Positions 52,667 through 63,860 of a stretch of 64,000 bases of DNA are shown piece by piece. The stretch's first letter is position 1. The number at the start of each line of letters is the position of its first letter. Under the pieces are notes generated by a model that worked only from the letters and a program-made list of their open reading frames with translations, was not told where the DNA came from and made no database searches. Position numbers and translations under genes: made by a program. Source of the stretch: Macrostomum lignano (Eukaryota); NCBI GenBank assembly GCA_002269645.1, contig NIVC01001067.1, forward strand, positions 1 to 64,000, read 5' to 3'.

Positions 52667-55600
52667 ATGGATTTGGACAGAAAGAAAACTCTTGTTGCAA
52701 GCATAGTGGCCTTTTTAGAGAATGAGATTAAAGAAAATGCAGAAAAGCCTGAGTTTACAGATTTTGTTGAAGGCCTTGAGGGTGAGTATACAGAATGATT
52801 TTACCCCCCCCCACCCAGGAATTTACCCTCCAGAATCTGCCTTCTCCCCCCTCAAAAAATGTCTAGTTGCACTACTGGGCTCATAATGAATTCTGGGATT
52901 ACAATTTTTGATTGGAAAAAATTGGCATATACTTACATACAAAAAATTGTGGGAGATTTTAGTCCAGTGTACATTTAGGGTGTTCCAAACTATGGCTGCT
53001 TATAAATATCCCAGGGCTCTTAATTATTCTTTTGTTTAGCCTTAGGCCTACTTGTTGCCACCCATAGTCAGGAAGGTGGCAAGTGCACGCGGGAAACAAT
53101 TTATGGAAAAATCCTTGGTGCACACCAATGTATGCCAATTTTTTAAAACCCTTAACATGACATTTCTGTTACGTTAAACAAAGTCTATATAAAAAAGGAA
53201 ATTCGCTACAAAAAATGTAGCACAAGTATCAAAAACTTTTTCTTCACATTTCAAGAAACAAATAAACTAAAAGTCTACAAGAGTCACAAAATAAGAGCGT
53301 TTAAAAGTTAATGGATATTTTAATTTTAATGTGGGCTGTTGAGTGTAGGCCTGGCTGTAGGCTAGGCTGTAGCTTCAACTAGTTGGTTTAATCAATATTC
53401 AAATTCAATTGTTCACGTTTAACTTTATATATTGTATATATATAATATAGTGTATATATCTATATCTGACTTGTTGATATACTGTCAGTTTGTAATTGCA
53501 CACCAAGGTTATATGCCAAGTAAAAAACTTGTACGCTGAAAATTTAGGCGTGGCTTGAGACCCCTATTTGCACGCCAACTTTGCACGCCAAAATTTTAGC
53601 GTGGCTTGTGCACGCGGGAAAATTCCCGCGTGCAGGCCACCTTCCTGAGTATGGGTTGCCACCAAAGTTGTTGTAGAGCTATTTCTCTTTATTGATCCTA
53701 CTGGTTATTAATTGCCTTTCCACTGGTAGCACATGTACTTATATTGGTAGCATATGTATTTCTATTGACAATAGATTGTACTTTCTGGCCTGAGCGGTCT
53801 AATAGCACTGTCTATCCTATTCCTATACTCCTCTAAAGATATTTTCTCAGTCCTGGGCATTCCCTGGATCAGAGGGTCACAGCCTATGTACCTTTTCTGC
53901 CCTGAGGCGATCTTTTCTTGCTATGGAGCATTTTCCCTGCCAATCTTCTCCTGCTATTCCTTAGGTCCTTTCTACTCTTAGTCAATTCTCTTGCTTTTCA
54001 GCGGTTTTCTAACAATACTCCAAATTGGGGTTCTTATGCTAAGAAATGAATAAGTCTTTAAGTCTTGCAAATAGGATTTAATAGAACTTGCAAATTGTAG
54101 TAGACAAGCCTAAGGACAGTTAGGCGAACTCTCTTGGTTGACTTTTTAGGCCAATTCTGGGCTCCTATTTATACTAGTTCCTATAGTTTCTGTAGCTGTA
54201 GCCGTAGTTTTAACAAAAAGTCTAGAAAACAAAATATTTTCAATCAAGAAGATAACCTAGTGCTTAAACAACTGCAAATTAAGTTAAAAAATAAAAGAAA
54301 CACTTGATTGCCTTTGTAAGATTATATTTCATCTTTTTTCAGAGCAAGACTACTTAATTGTTACTTAAGTACTAATGCTGAACTTTCTCATAAATCACAA
54401 TAATAAAAATGAGAGTTTTCTAGTGTTTTATTATACTTTTTAGGTATATTTTAAAATTTTCTAAGTTGATAATACTGTTTACTAAAAGTATCTTTGTTTT
54501 ACTCTACCTGTTTTTAATATTTTTTCAATTTTTTAACATTAATAACTATGGCTATGGGAATCTATGGAATGTGACAATTACCATATTGCCGTAGTCGCAG
54601 CCATAAGAGCAGGTTTAAAAAATATCGCCTTAAAAAGCCACGACCCACCCGGGGCTAGGGGGCACCGCCCACCCCACCCCCCGGCCCAACCACCTACCAG
54701 CCAATCACGGCGCAGCTGGGGGAGAGCAGCCTAAGGGGGGGGGGCAAACAAGGCGGCCCAGCCAACCAGCGCGCAGACAACCAAAGCAGCTAAGCGGCTA
54801 ACACAGCTGAGCATTTAACGCCAAAACAGAGGGATAGAGTGCCCTTTAGCAGTGCAAGCGCACTGGCACAACAACATGACAAAAAAATACAGTATGCCGC
54901 GTGGTGGGCAGAGTGCACTTTGGCAAGGCAAGTGCACAGGCACAACATTATTTTTATTATTATATCTTAATAGTCAATCCATGCATTCCACATTGGTACG
55001 TCTACATCCAAGGTTGACACGTGCTTTCAGAGAAGAGTATAAATTCAAATGAGTAGATTTTTTTGAAAAAGATTTATTTTAACAAGCATTAAGTATTCTA
55101 AGCTAAGTATTCTTCTGTGCCTGCATTTGAATCCTCGCATTCCAATCTGGAATTATTTGTACTTGTGAATCCGCTTTGTTACTCTGTCTGCGACTGCTGG
55201 GTCCTCAATTCCAGGGGAAGGCTAGATAATTGTAGTGGTTGCTATACAGGTCATTCGGGTCTTTAGATGCCAATTAAATTTTTCGTTTATTTTCTTGTAT
55301 GCTTACTAAAAGTAGCATAATGCTGATAGCAGTGTAATTTTGTAAGATTTGGAAGTATGTATCTTTATGCCTTCTAAGGCAAAGGATTAAAAAACAAGGC
55401 TATGGCTTCGTTGGTCAATAGTGATTTGTTGAGTTATTGATGGGTGCCTCATTATGTTAAACCCATTAATTAATCGGCCCTTCGCAGTGTCGGTACAGTG
55501 CATCCGCTCGTCATTCGACCTAAGCTCAATCGATGTAGACGCCGTGCCCTCTCTGCCGGACACTTTCTCAGCCGGTTGTAAATCGCTAAACAAACCGGAA

Positions 55601-57185
55601 GTGGCCGTTAAACGCGAGATTACACCGGAAGACAAAGCCGAAGCTGAACGACTCAAAGGCGAAGGTAACAAGTTTATTAGCGAGAATAAGCCTCTGGAAG
55701 CTGTTAACGCCTACACCATGGCACTGGCTAAGGATCCCTACAATGCTGTGTACTATGGCAACCGGGCGGCCGCCTATTCTAAACTAAACGATCACGCCGC
55801 GGCTATCAGAGACTGCGAGCGGGCCTTGCAGAACGATCCGGCTTATTCTAAAGCCTATGGTAGGATGGGATTTGCCTATGCCGCACAGAAGAATCACGCC
55901 AAAGCTGTGGAATGCTACGAGAAGGCGCTCAGTCTGGAGCCTGATAATTCCTCTTATAAGCAGAATCTCGAGACTGCCAGGGCCGCCCTGCCCGCTGAGG
56001 TGAGTGTTATTAGACCTGTTTAAATAGTTCCCATTTTGATTGCTTGTTTACTCTGTGAGCTGTTGTCATACCACCTGAGCAATTATTATCTCGAAAATCC
56101 ACCTGAGCAATTCCACCTGAGCAATTCCCCTCTCGAAAATCCACCTGAGCAATTCTTATCTCGAAAATCCACCTGAGCAATTCCACCTGAGCAATTCTTA
56201 TCTCGAAAATCCACCTGAGCAATTCCACCTGAGCAATTCCCCTCTCGAAAATCCACCTGAGCAATTCCCCTCTCGAAAATCCACCTGAGCAATTCCCCTC
56301 TTGAAAATCCACCTGAGCAATTCCCTCTCGAATTCCACCCAAGCAATTTCCCTATTAAGAAATCCACCTGAGCAATTCCCCTCTTGAAAATCCACCTGAG
56401 CAATTCCCCTCTTGAAAATCCACCTGAGCAATTCCCCTCTTGAAAATCCACCTGAGCAATTCCCCTCTTGAAAATCCACCTGAGCAATTCCTTTCTTGAA
56501 AATCCATTTGAGCAATTTCCTATAAATTCCACCTGAGAATTCCCCTCTCATACCACCTGTGCACCTGAGCAATTCCCCTCCCAAAACTTCACAGGCTGGA
56601 GCAGCAGCCGGATTCCCCGGCTTCCCCGGAGCCGGAGGCCGAGGCGGCGCCGGCGGTCTGGACCTGATGTCGCTGCTAAACAATCCCCAGATGATGCAGA
56701 TGGCCTCGCAGATGATGCAGTCGCCGCAGGTGCAACAGATGGTTGCCAGCATGATGGGCGGCGGACCAGGCGGACCGTTTAGCGGCGCCGCTGCTGGAGA
56801 GCCGTCCAATGACGTCCAAAGCGGCGGGCCAGAAGGCGAGGATCCGCCAGCTTCTTTGACGAACAACCAGCAGCAGGAGACGCCTCCCGGCCAGCCAAAC
56901 ATGCAAGACCTGCTCCGGATGGGGCAGCAGTTTGCCAGCCAGATGCAGGCGGCTAATCCTGATCTGGTTGAATCGCTTCGCCAGGAATTCCAGCAGGGCG
57001 GCGGAGTCAGCGGAGACCCGGCGGCCCCGAGCAGCCGCCATCGTCCGATCAAGGGGAAGACAGATCGGGCAACTGATTCACCACCAATAATGATAATAAC
57101 AGTTGTGTCTCTCTTAGCAGCGAAAGTCATTTCTGTCATTTTGGTTTTGACACTGATGAACTCTAGCCATCGGTTCTTTTGTTAG
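52667..57185 (+). CDS. SGTA: Small glutamine-rich TPR co-chaperone (SGTA/SGTB/Sgt2 family)
   Basis: Exons 52667-52781 (dimerisation domain MDLDRKKTLVASIVAFL...VEGLE), 55488-55999 (SVQCI; three TPRs AERLKGEGNKF, YYGNRAAAYSKL, YSKAYGRMGFAY) and 56595-57185 (M/Q-rich LLNNPQMMQMASQMMQ, NPDLVESLR). The true stop may be 57074-57076 in the -1 frame (see findings). Confidence 0.92.
53062..53654. mobile_element. MITE with ~33-bp TIRs and perfect 8-bp TSD, in SGTA intron 1
   Basis: Left end CCATAGTCAGGAAGGTGGCAAGTGCACGCGGGAA versus reverse complement of right end CCATACTCAGGAAGGTGGCCTGCACGCGGGAA. GTTGCCAC lies at 53054-53061 and 53655-53662. Confidence 0.82.
56075..56580. repeat. ~28-bp minisatellite CCACCTGAGCAATTCCCCTCTTGAAAAT, SGTA intron 2
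   Basis: Direct reading. Confidence 0.94.
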
Positions 57186-57357
57186 TTCAATTTAGTACTC
57201 TATATTTGTTTGGCTGGATGTTTTGATTAAATTGTCTCAGTAAATCGCTTTCCTATCAAGGGTTATGGTCAATTTCAAGTAAATGGTACTTAAATAAGTT
57301 CTTTAGTGCGATCTTAGGGTTTTCTGGGTTCTTATTGAAAGATTTGAGAGGTTAATG

Positions 57358-57615
57358 GACGCTTACTGAATGATCCGATGGTTTAATAAGCGCTTACTGA
57401 ATGATCCGATGGTTTAATAAGCGCTTACTGAATGATCCGATGGTTTAATAAGCGCTTACTGAATGATCCGATGGTTTTATGGGCGCTTACTGAAGGATCC
57501 AATGGTTTAATGAGCGCTTACTGAATGATCCGATGGTTTGATATGCGCTTACTGAATGATCCGATGGTTTGATATGCGCTTACTGAATGATCCGATGGTT
57601 TGATGGCGCTTACTG
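57358..57615. repeat. 31-bp minisatellite GCGCTTACTGAATGATCCGATGGTTTAATAA, ~8 copies
   Basis: Direct reading; between SGTA and ARFRP1. Confidence 0.94.
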
Positions 57616-58142
57616 ACCATTTTAAGGATTTTAGTGGCACCTAGTGAATGATCTGAGAGTTTCAGTAACGATCTTCTTCTGAAGCAGGTTTCGCCCAGTC
57701 GTAACTGAAGACTAACATGTTATTTGTATTTAACAGAATTTAAAATGTCGAAATTTTTCGATAAAAACTATAAACTCTTATTCGACTGCAATCTTAAATA
57801 CCTTTCTGCTTAAGCTTTTCTCGATTTGTTTTATTCCGGTGTTCAAGTTTCTTCGATTTGTTCTGTTTTTTTTTCTAGAGGGCCTAACAGTTTTAATAGT
57901 TGTAATATTGACTAAAAATTGCTCTAATCATTAATATGTTGTTTTTTTGAAGTAAAAATAACTATCATATCTTTACTGATTCGTGTTGGATTAATAAATG
58001 TTGCAACCAGCGTAGCTATGGGGGTAGATATGTGTCTTGTCTTCTTCAATTATTTCGTTACTTTGCTTAATAACTTGGAATTTCTGCCATTTAAAACATC
58101 GAACTGGCATTAAAAAGTTTCAAAATAACATCATTTCCAGTC

Positions 58143-59367
58143 ATGTACACCCTATTGAGCGGTCTGTATCGCTATTACACCCAGAAGGAGAAGTATAGCG
58201 CTCTCATTCTTGGCCTCGACAATGCCGGTAAAACTGTAAGGGTTATTTTTTATTGCCTTAATTTTCTATTTTCTACGCAATTTATTCGCATTTATTCTAC
58301 TACAAGTAGGCTAATTATGACATTAAAACATTGCAGACTTATCTGGAGCAAATAAAGACCCGATTTAAAAAGGATTACACCGGCCTTAATCTGAATAAAA
58401 TTACTACAACTGTTGGCCTTAACAGTATGTATAAATAAATATTGTTATCCGCTTAAAAGCTTGCATTTCTACTTTCAGTAGCAAACTGACAATATTTTGT
58501 GTTTTTTTAGTCGGCGATATTCAAATAGCCGGCGTAGAATTGAATTTCTGGGATCTCGGCGGCCAACAGGAGCTGCAATCGCTGTGGGATAAATACTATG
58601 CAGAGTCGCACGCTGTCATCTTTGTGATTGACAGCTCGGACAGGGAGCGTATGGAGGAGTCTAAGCAGGCTCTCGGTGAGCAGCTAAATACCATTTATAA
58701 CTGCTGGGCCTTCCAGATCCTCAGTTGCTGGGCCACCAGCCTCCTAGATCCTCATGTGCTGGGCCAGCCTCCCAAATCCTCAGTTGCTGGACCACCAGCC
58801 TCCCAGATCCTCATGTGCTGGGCCAGCCTCCCAAATCCTCAGTTGCTGGACCACCAGCCTCCCAGATCCTCATGTGCTGGGCCAGCCTCCCAAATCCTCA
58901 GTTGCTAAGCCACCAGCCTCCGAAATCCTCAGTTGCTGGGCCAGCCTCCCAAATCCTCAGTTGCTGGGCCACCAGCCTCCTAAATCCTCAGTTGCTGGGC
59001 CAGCCTCCCAAATCCTCAGTTGCTGGGCCACCAGCCTCCCAGCTCCTCACTTGCTGGGATGTCACCTAACCCTTTTCCATATGCGTTCTCCGTTCCCCCG
59101 CTTGCAGAGAAAGTGGTATCAAGCGACGCCCTTGCCGGGGTGCCCCTGCTGCTGCTGGCCAACAAGCAGGATCTGGAAGGCTGTCTCACTGCCGAAGAAG
59201 TAAAGGAGATTTTTTCAACAGTGTCGCCCAGCGTGGGTCAACGGGACTGCCTGTTCAGAGGCGTGTCGGCGCTGAAAGGCACTGGCGTTGATCAGGGGAT
59301 TCACTGGCTGGTGGAGCGAGTTAAACGACTGGCGGATAGAAGGCCGCCGGCATTTGGAAATGATTGA
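58143..59367 (+). CDS. ARFRP1: ADP-ribosylation factor-related protein 1
   Basis: Exons 58143-58235, 58337-58424, 58511-58675, 59108-59367 in phase. MYTLLSGLY N-terminus, GLDNAGKT (P-loop), ITTTVGLNIG, WDLGGQQELQSLWDKYY, LANKQD, SALKG. Confidence 0.96.
58700..59060. repeat. ~29-36-bp minisatellite (ATCCTCAGTTGCTGGGCCACCAGCCTCCCA), ARFRP1 intron 3
   Basis: Direct reading. Confidence 0.92.
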
Positions 59368-60228
59368 TTGATTGATTGGAAATGATTTTGTTATAACAGA
59401 TCATCAATGTTATTGCGCGGTATCGGCTTTTGACTATGTAATACAAAACAATTTATCGGTTTAACACACTTGTTTTACGCTCAGAGTTGCGTTGATGTCT
59501 TTCAGAATTCAAAACGATTAATTTGTGTCTATGCTTGCTTTGTAAATGTAGATTTCCATATTTATATCGGTATTGGACTATTTATTTTTAACTCAATTAC
59601 ATCCAGTGTACTTTGTTGTTAAGATACACCTCTTGATACCAATCTGTGTAACCAACTGCACTAATATGGGTTTTTTATTTCAAGGGACTTGTCAATTACA
59701 AAGTACTTCTATACAGGTATCTGTGTAATCTAAATCTTTGTAGAGTTAGATGGGGTTCAATGATTTTTTATTCATTGTAACAATTGTTGGTTAAAGCAAG
59801 ATTTAAATAAAGAAGAAAGAATAGCACTCGCTTGTGACTGAGTATGTTACGTATAATATTTGTTGTACAGTGCAAAACACCAGATAAAAACAGTGAAAGC
59901 ATATCTTTTTACTTCTTTGTTTGTGTGTATAGGCCCCATAGGTACTGAATGTGTTAATTGAATTGAAATGTGTTACTGGCTAAGATCTCTATTAACGCTA
60001 ACTGTAAGCTCTGTGAAAAAATCAATAATTTTAAAACGACACTGTAACTCTTATTCATTGACTAACTATTATTATCAACTTTGTTGACGAGCAGACAGCA
60101 GGGGGGTATCTGTCAGCAACTGAGCAACGGGTGGGCGCTGTAACTGCACTATAAATTCTTGCGGCCAAATAAGCGTCTTCTTAACTTTACCCTTTATCGT
60201 CCGTCCGATTTAACTCTGCAAGGCAGTA

Positions 60229-63200
60229 ATGCCGGCAAAAAAATACACTTTGCAGCATCCGAAACATCTGGATGATCAGTCGGCGGCTGCTGTAGCCGAC
60301 GCTGTAGCCGCCGCAGCTGACGGCCCTTGGCCTGGCCAGCTGCTCGGTCGAGCCGGTCTTTGGCAGCTCGAGATTCGACAATCGGATTCCTGTTTTCGTT
60401 TCGATCGTCGTTCTCAAACAACTGGCGAGTTGGAGAGGGGAGGTGCTTCATCAGCTGTAGTTGTCCGCTTCTCCGATGTGTCTGGCGTAGATTTGATGAG
60501 CGGCAGCGGCTACAGACAGCATCGCTACCTGTGCATTTGTCGCTACACCCGACGTAAACGATTCAGATCGATCTCTGCCGTATTCTCCGCTAAAGCATCA
60601 ACCGAGGATTCCTCCGCCGCGGATAAAGTTGGATCGCGACGTCGCAGCGTCCTGCTATTCCAGTTGAGTCGGATTGTGGGAGACGGTCACAGAGCGAGCT
60701 CTGCGGAGATCAATTTGGCTGTGCTGCGCTCTGTCCAACAAGTAATTACTGCATTTTAACATTCCAAATAATCCTTACCTAGGGTGGTGTATGTGGCGCA
60801 AAAGAACCTGTCGTGAAGGCGTCTCAACGGTGTCAATGGTATACCGTTGTCTTTAAGAAAGCTTCCAAATTAGTCTATGGTGCACTGTTGCTTCAAATTT
60901 ACATTAGAGTCTCCAAAGCGCTTCTCGATGCACCAATGCACCAATTACAATTTTCTAGTTTGCTTCTTGCATATAACGATCTTAATGACTCTTACTTTTG
61001 ATGTCTGATGTATATTTTGATGTATCGCTCAAGGCTCAGCGACAGCGTCCTAAAGGCTTGCGTACGGCTGTTCAGTCAAAGAGCTTGGGGGTCGCCACAT
61101 TATCCTTAATCATCCTAGCTAATGCCGGTATCCATTTAGCTGCTGATGTAAGTGTCTTACTCAAAGACATAAATTCTTCCAAGAGGATTAAGAATCGAAC
61201 CCCCAACCTTTCAGTCTCGTGAGTCCGACGCTCTAACCACTAGGCTACAGACCCCTCTCTGTCTGAGAAAATGTAGTCCAACTAAACTTGTCTTAAAATT
61301 GCCTTTCGGATGTCGTCTTATTTTTCAAATATCCAAGAGGGATATAAGTTTATGTACGGGCTTGATTGAGTGGCGCAAGTACATGTATCAGTAATTCTGT
61401 ACAAAGTTTCAACCAATCGCTGCTTTTCCCGCAGACTTGCCAACAAGCTTTGCGTGGCAGCCTGTGCAGCCCAGATTCGGATTTGATTAACTGGTCTAAA
61501 CCGGTTCTAGCTCTGGCTAATCCGGTCAGCGGCAGGGGTCGCGCTGTTCCTTTATTTCGCTCGGTGACAATGACTATGCTGCAGGAGGCTGACATTGCCT
61601 ACAGACTGGTCGAGACTGAGTACTCTGGGTATGCCAGGTAGGTGATCGAGGTTGTTGGATAAGGCACGTGGGTGATTGGGTGGTTGAATCAGACAGGTGG
61701 GTGATTGGGATGGTTGGATCAGACAGGTGGGTGATTGGGATGGTTGAGTCAGATAGGTGGGTGATGGGGTGGTTCAATCAGACAGGTGGGTGATTGGGTG
61801 GTTCAATCAGACAGGTGGGTGATTGGGTGGTTCAATCAGACAGGTGGGTGATTGGGTGGTTCAATCAGGGAGGTTGGTGATTCTTGTGGTTGAATCAGAC
61901 AGGTGGGTGATTAAGATGGTTGGATCAGACAGGTGGGTGATTGGGGTTGTTGGATCAGACAGGTAGGTGGTTGAATCAGACAGGTGGGTGATGGGGTGGT
62001 TGGATCAGACAGGTGGGTGATTGGGGTTGTTGGATCAGACAGGTGGGTGATTGGGGTGGTTGGATCAGACAGGTGGGTGATTAAGGTGGTTGAATCAGAC
62101 AGGTGGGTGATTGGGGTGGTTGAATCAGACAGGTGGGTGATTGGGATGGTTGAATCAGACAGGTGGGTGGTTGGGATGGTTGGATCAGACAGGTGGGTGA
62201 TTGGGATGGTTGGATCAGACAGGTGGGTGATTGGGATGGTTGGATCAGACAGGTGGGTGATTGGGGTGGTTGGATCAGACAGGTGGGTGGTTGAATCAGA
62301 CAGGTGGGTGATGGGGTGGTTGGATCAGACAGGTGGGTGATTGGGGTGGTTGGATCAGACAGGTGGGTGATTGGGGTGGTTGGATCAGACAGGTGGGTGA
62401 TTGGGGTGGTTGGATCAGACAGGTGGGTGGTTGAATCAGACAGGTGGGTGATGGGGTGGTTGGATCAGACAGGTGGGTGATTGGGGTGGTTGGATCAGAC
62501 AGGTGGGTGATTGGGGTGGTTAAATCAGACAGATGGGTGATGGGGTGGTTGGATCAGACAGGTGGGTGATGGGGTGGTTGGATCAGACAGGTGGGTGATG
62601 GGGTGGTTGGATCAGACAGGTGGGTGATTGGGGTGGTTGGATCAGACAGGTGGGTGATTGGGATGGTTGAGTCAGACAGGTGGGTGATGAGGTAAATATG
62701 CCCGCCAGTTGATTATTAAGGCACAGTGTTACAAGTGAAGCTCTTAATGAAATACTTTCTGAGGGACTTAACTTTTTTTCTTAGAGTTTTCCGCTCTTCC
62801 CCTCATCGCAGGTCCCTTATCCGCGAAGATCCCAGTCTGATGGCTTACCGAGCCATCGTGGCAGTCGGTGGGGACGGTCTGGTTCACGAGATGCTCAACG
62901 GGCTGGTGGATAGCTTCTTTGACAGTGGCAACGACGCTGGAGGCCTGGCTGATGCTCTGCGGCGGATGCCCCTGGCCTGTCTGCCCGCTGGAAGCGGCAA
63001 CGGATTGGGGGCTTCGCTAGCGTTTGCTAATGGAGACAAGTGAGAAATGAGTAGCTCTGATTGGATGTTGATGTGGCGCGAGAGTCAGGCGCGTCTACCG
63101 CTGAGCTGCTCTGCCCTTGGTATGGTGATTGGGTGGTTGGGCAGATGTGTGCTAGGTGTGACCCGGACAAGGTAGGTATGCCTGATAGTAGATAGCACTA

Positions 63201-63860
63201 TCGATATCACTAAGTCGCCATCACAGAAGATTCCGTCTGTAATCGCTACTTATGAGAGTGCAAGTAAAGTCTCTCTCAATCTTTGCGAGTGACGCAACTC
63301 AGCTACGCCGCGGTAGACTTGGGTTGAGCAATGAAGTCGGGGGGGGGTGTGCGAGGGTTGGACGGAGTAAAACTACCCGGATCAGTTTTCTCGCATCTTT
63401 TATCTCAGAATAGTCGAAGATACTTTTCAATGTTGCTGATTAATCTCCACCTCTCCAGTCAGACAAGCTAAACAATCTTTTAATATTAACGTCTCAAGCA
63501 GCAGCCAATCCATCATACTTTTTTCTCCTAGACTGAACTCATCGTCGGAGAACTTCCTAACCACGTGCACATTCAACCTGACAAGATCGTCGCCAAGGCC
63601 ACTAGACCTCGCCTACGTGGAATTGCTGTCCAGCGGCGCCAATCGTCAGATCGTATCGTTTCTCAGCCCGATAAACTACGGCTTCCTCGCGCGAATAGAT
63701 TTTGAGAGCGAGCGCTGGCGCGGCTGCCTAGGCGGGGCCAGGTTCGCGGCCGATTTCGTCTCTAGGCTGGCGTCGCCTCGTCCACTGCCGACTTGCCGGG
63801 CGAGGCTGGCCTATCTGCCTGCTGAGGCGGCCGCTGCTGGGGCTGAGTTCTGTAGAAACG
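60229..63860 (+). CDS. SPHK: Sphingosine kinase (DAGK-catalytic family), partial; continues beyond the window
   Basis: Exons 60229-60741, 61435-61637, 62812-63039, 63532-63860 in phase. Motifs NPVSGRG, GGDGLVHEMLNGL, LPAGSGNGL, GFLARIDFESER, RARLAYLP correspond to SphK conserved regions. The start codon is uncertain. Confidence 0.88.
61000..61255 (-). mobile_element. tRNA-derived SINE in SphK intron 1
   Basis: Minus strand head GGGGTCTGTAGCCTAGTGGTTAGAGCGTCGGACTC...GGTTCGATTC with Pol III A box (61247-61237) and B box (61201-61192). It is followed by TGTCTTTGAGTAAGACACTT, resembling the central domain of CORE/V-type SINEs, and a short ACATCA-repeat tail. The 3' boundary is approximate. Confidence 0.72.
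61655..62690. repeat. 30-bp G-rich minisatellite ATCAGACAGGTGGGTGATTGGGGTGGTTGG, ~35 copies, SphK intron 2
   Basis: Direct reading. Confidence 0.97.

Noticed and set aside
63090-63325. Imperfect inverted repeat GTCTACCGC...GCGGTAGAC in SphK intron 3
   Set aside because: Only 9 bp perfect and no TSD, so insufficient for a MITE call.
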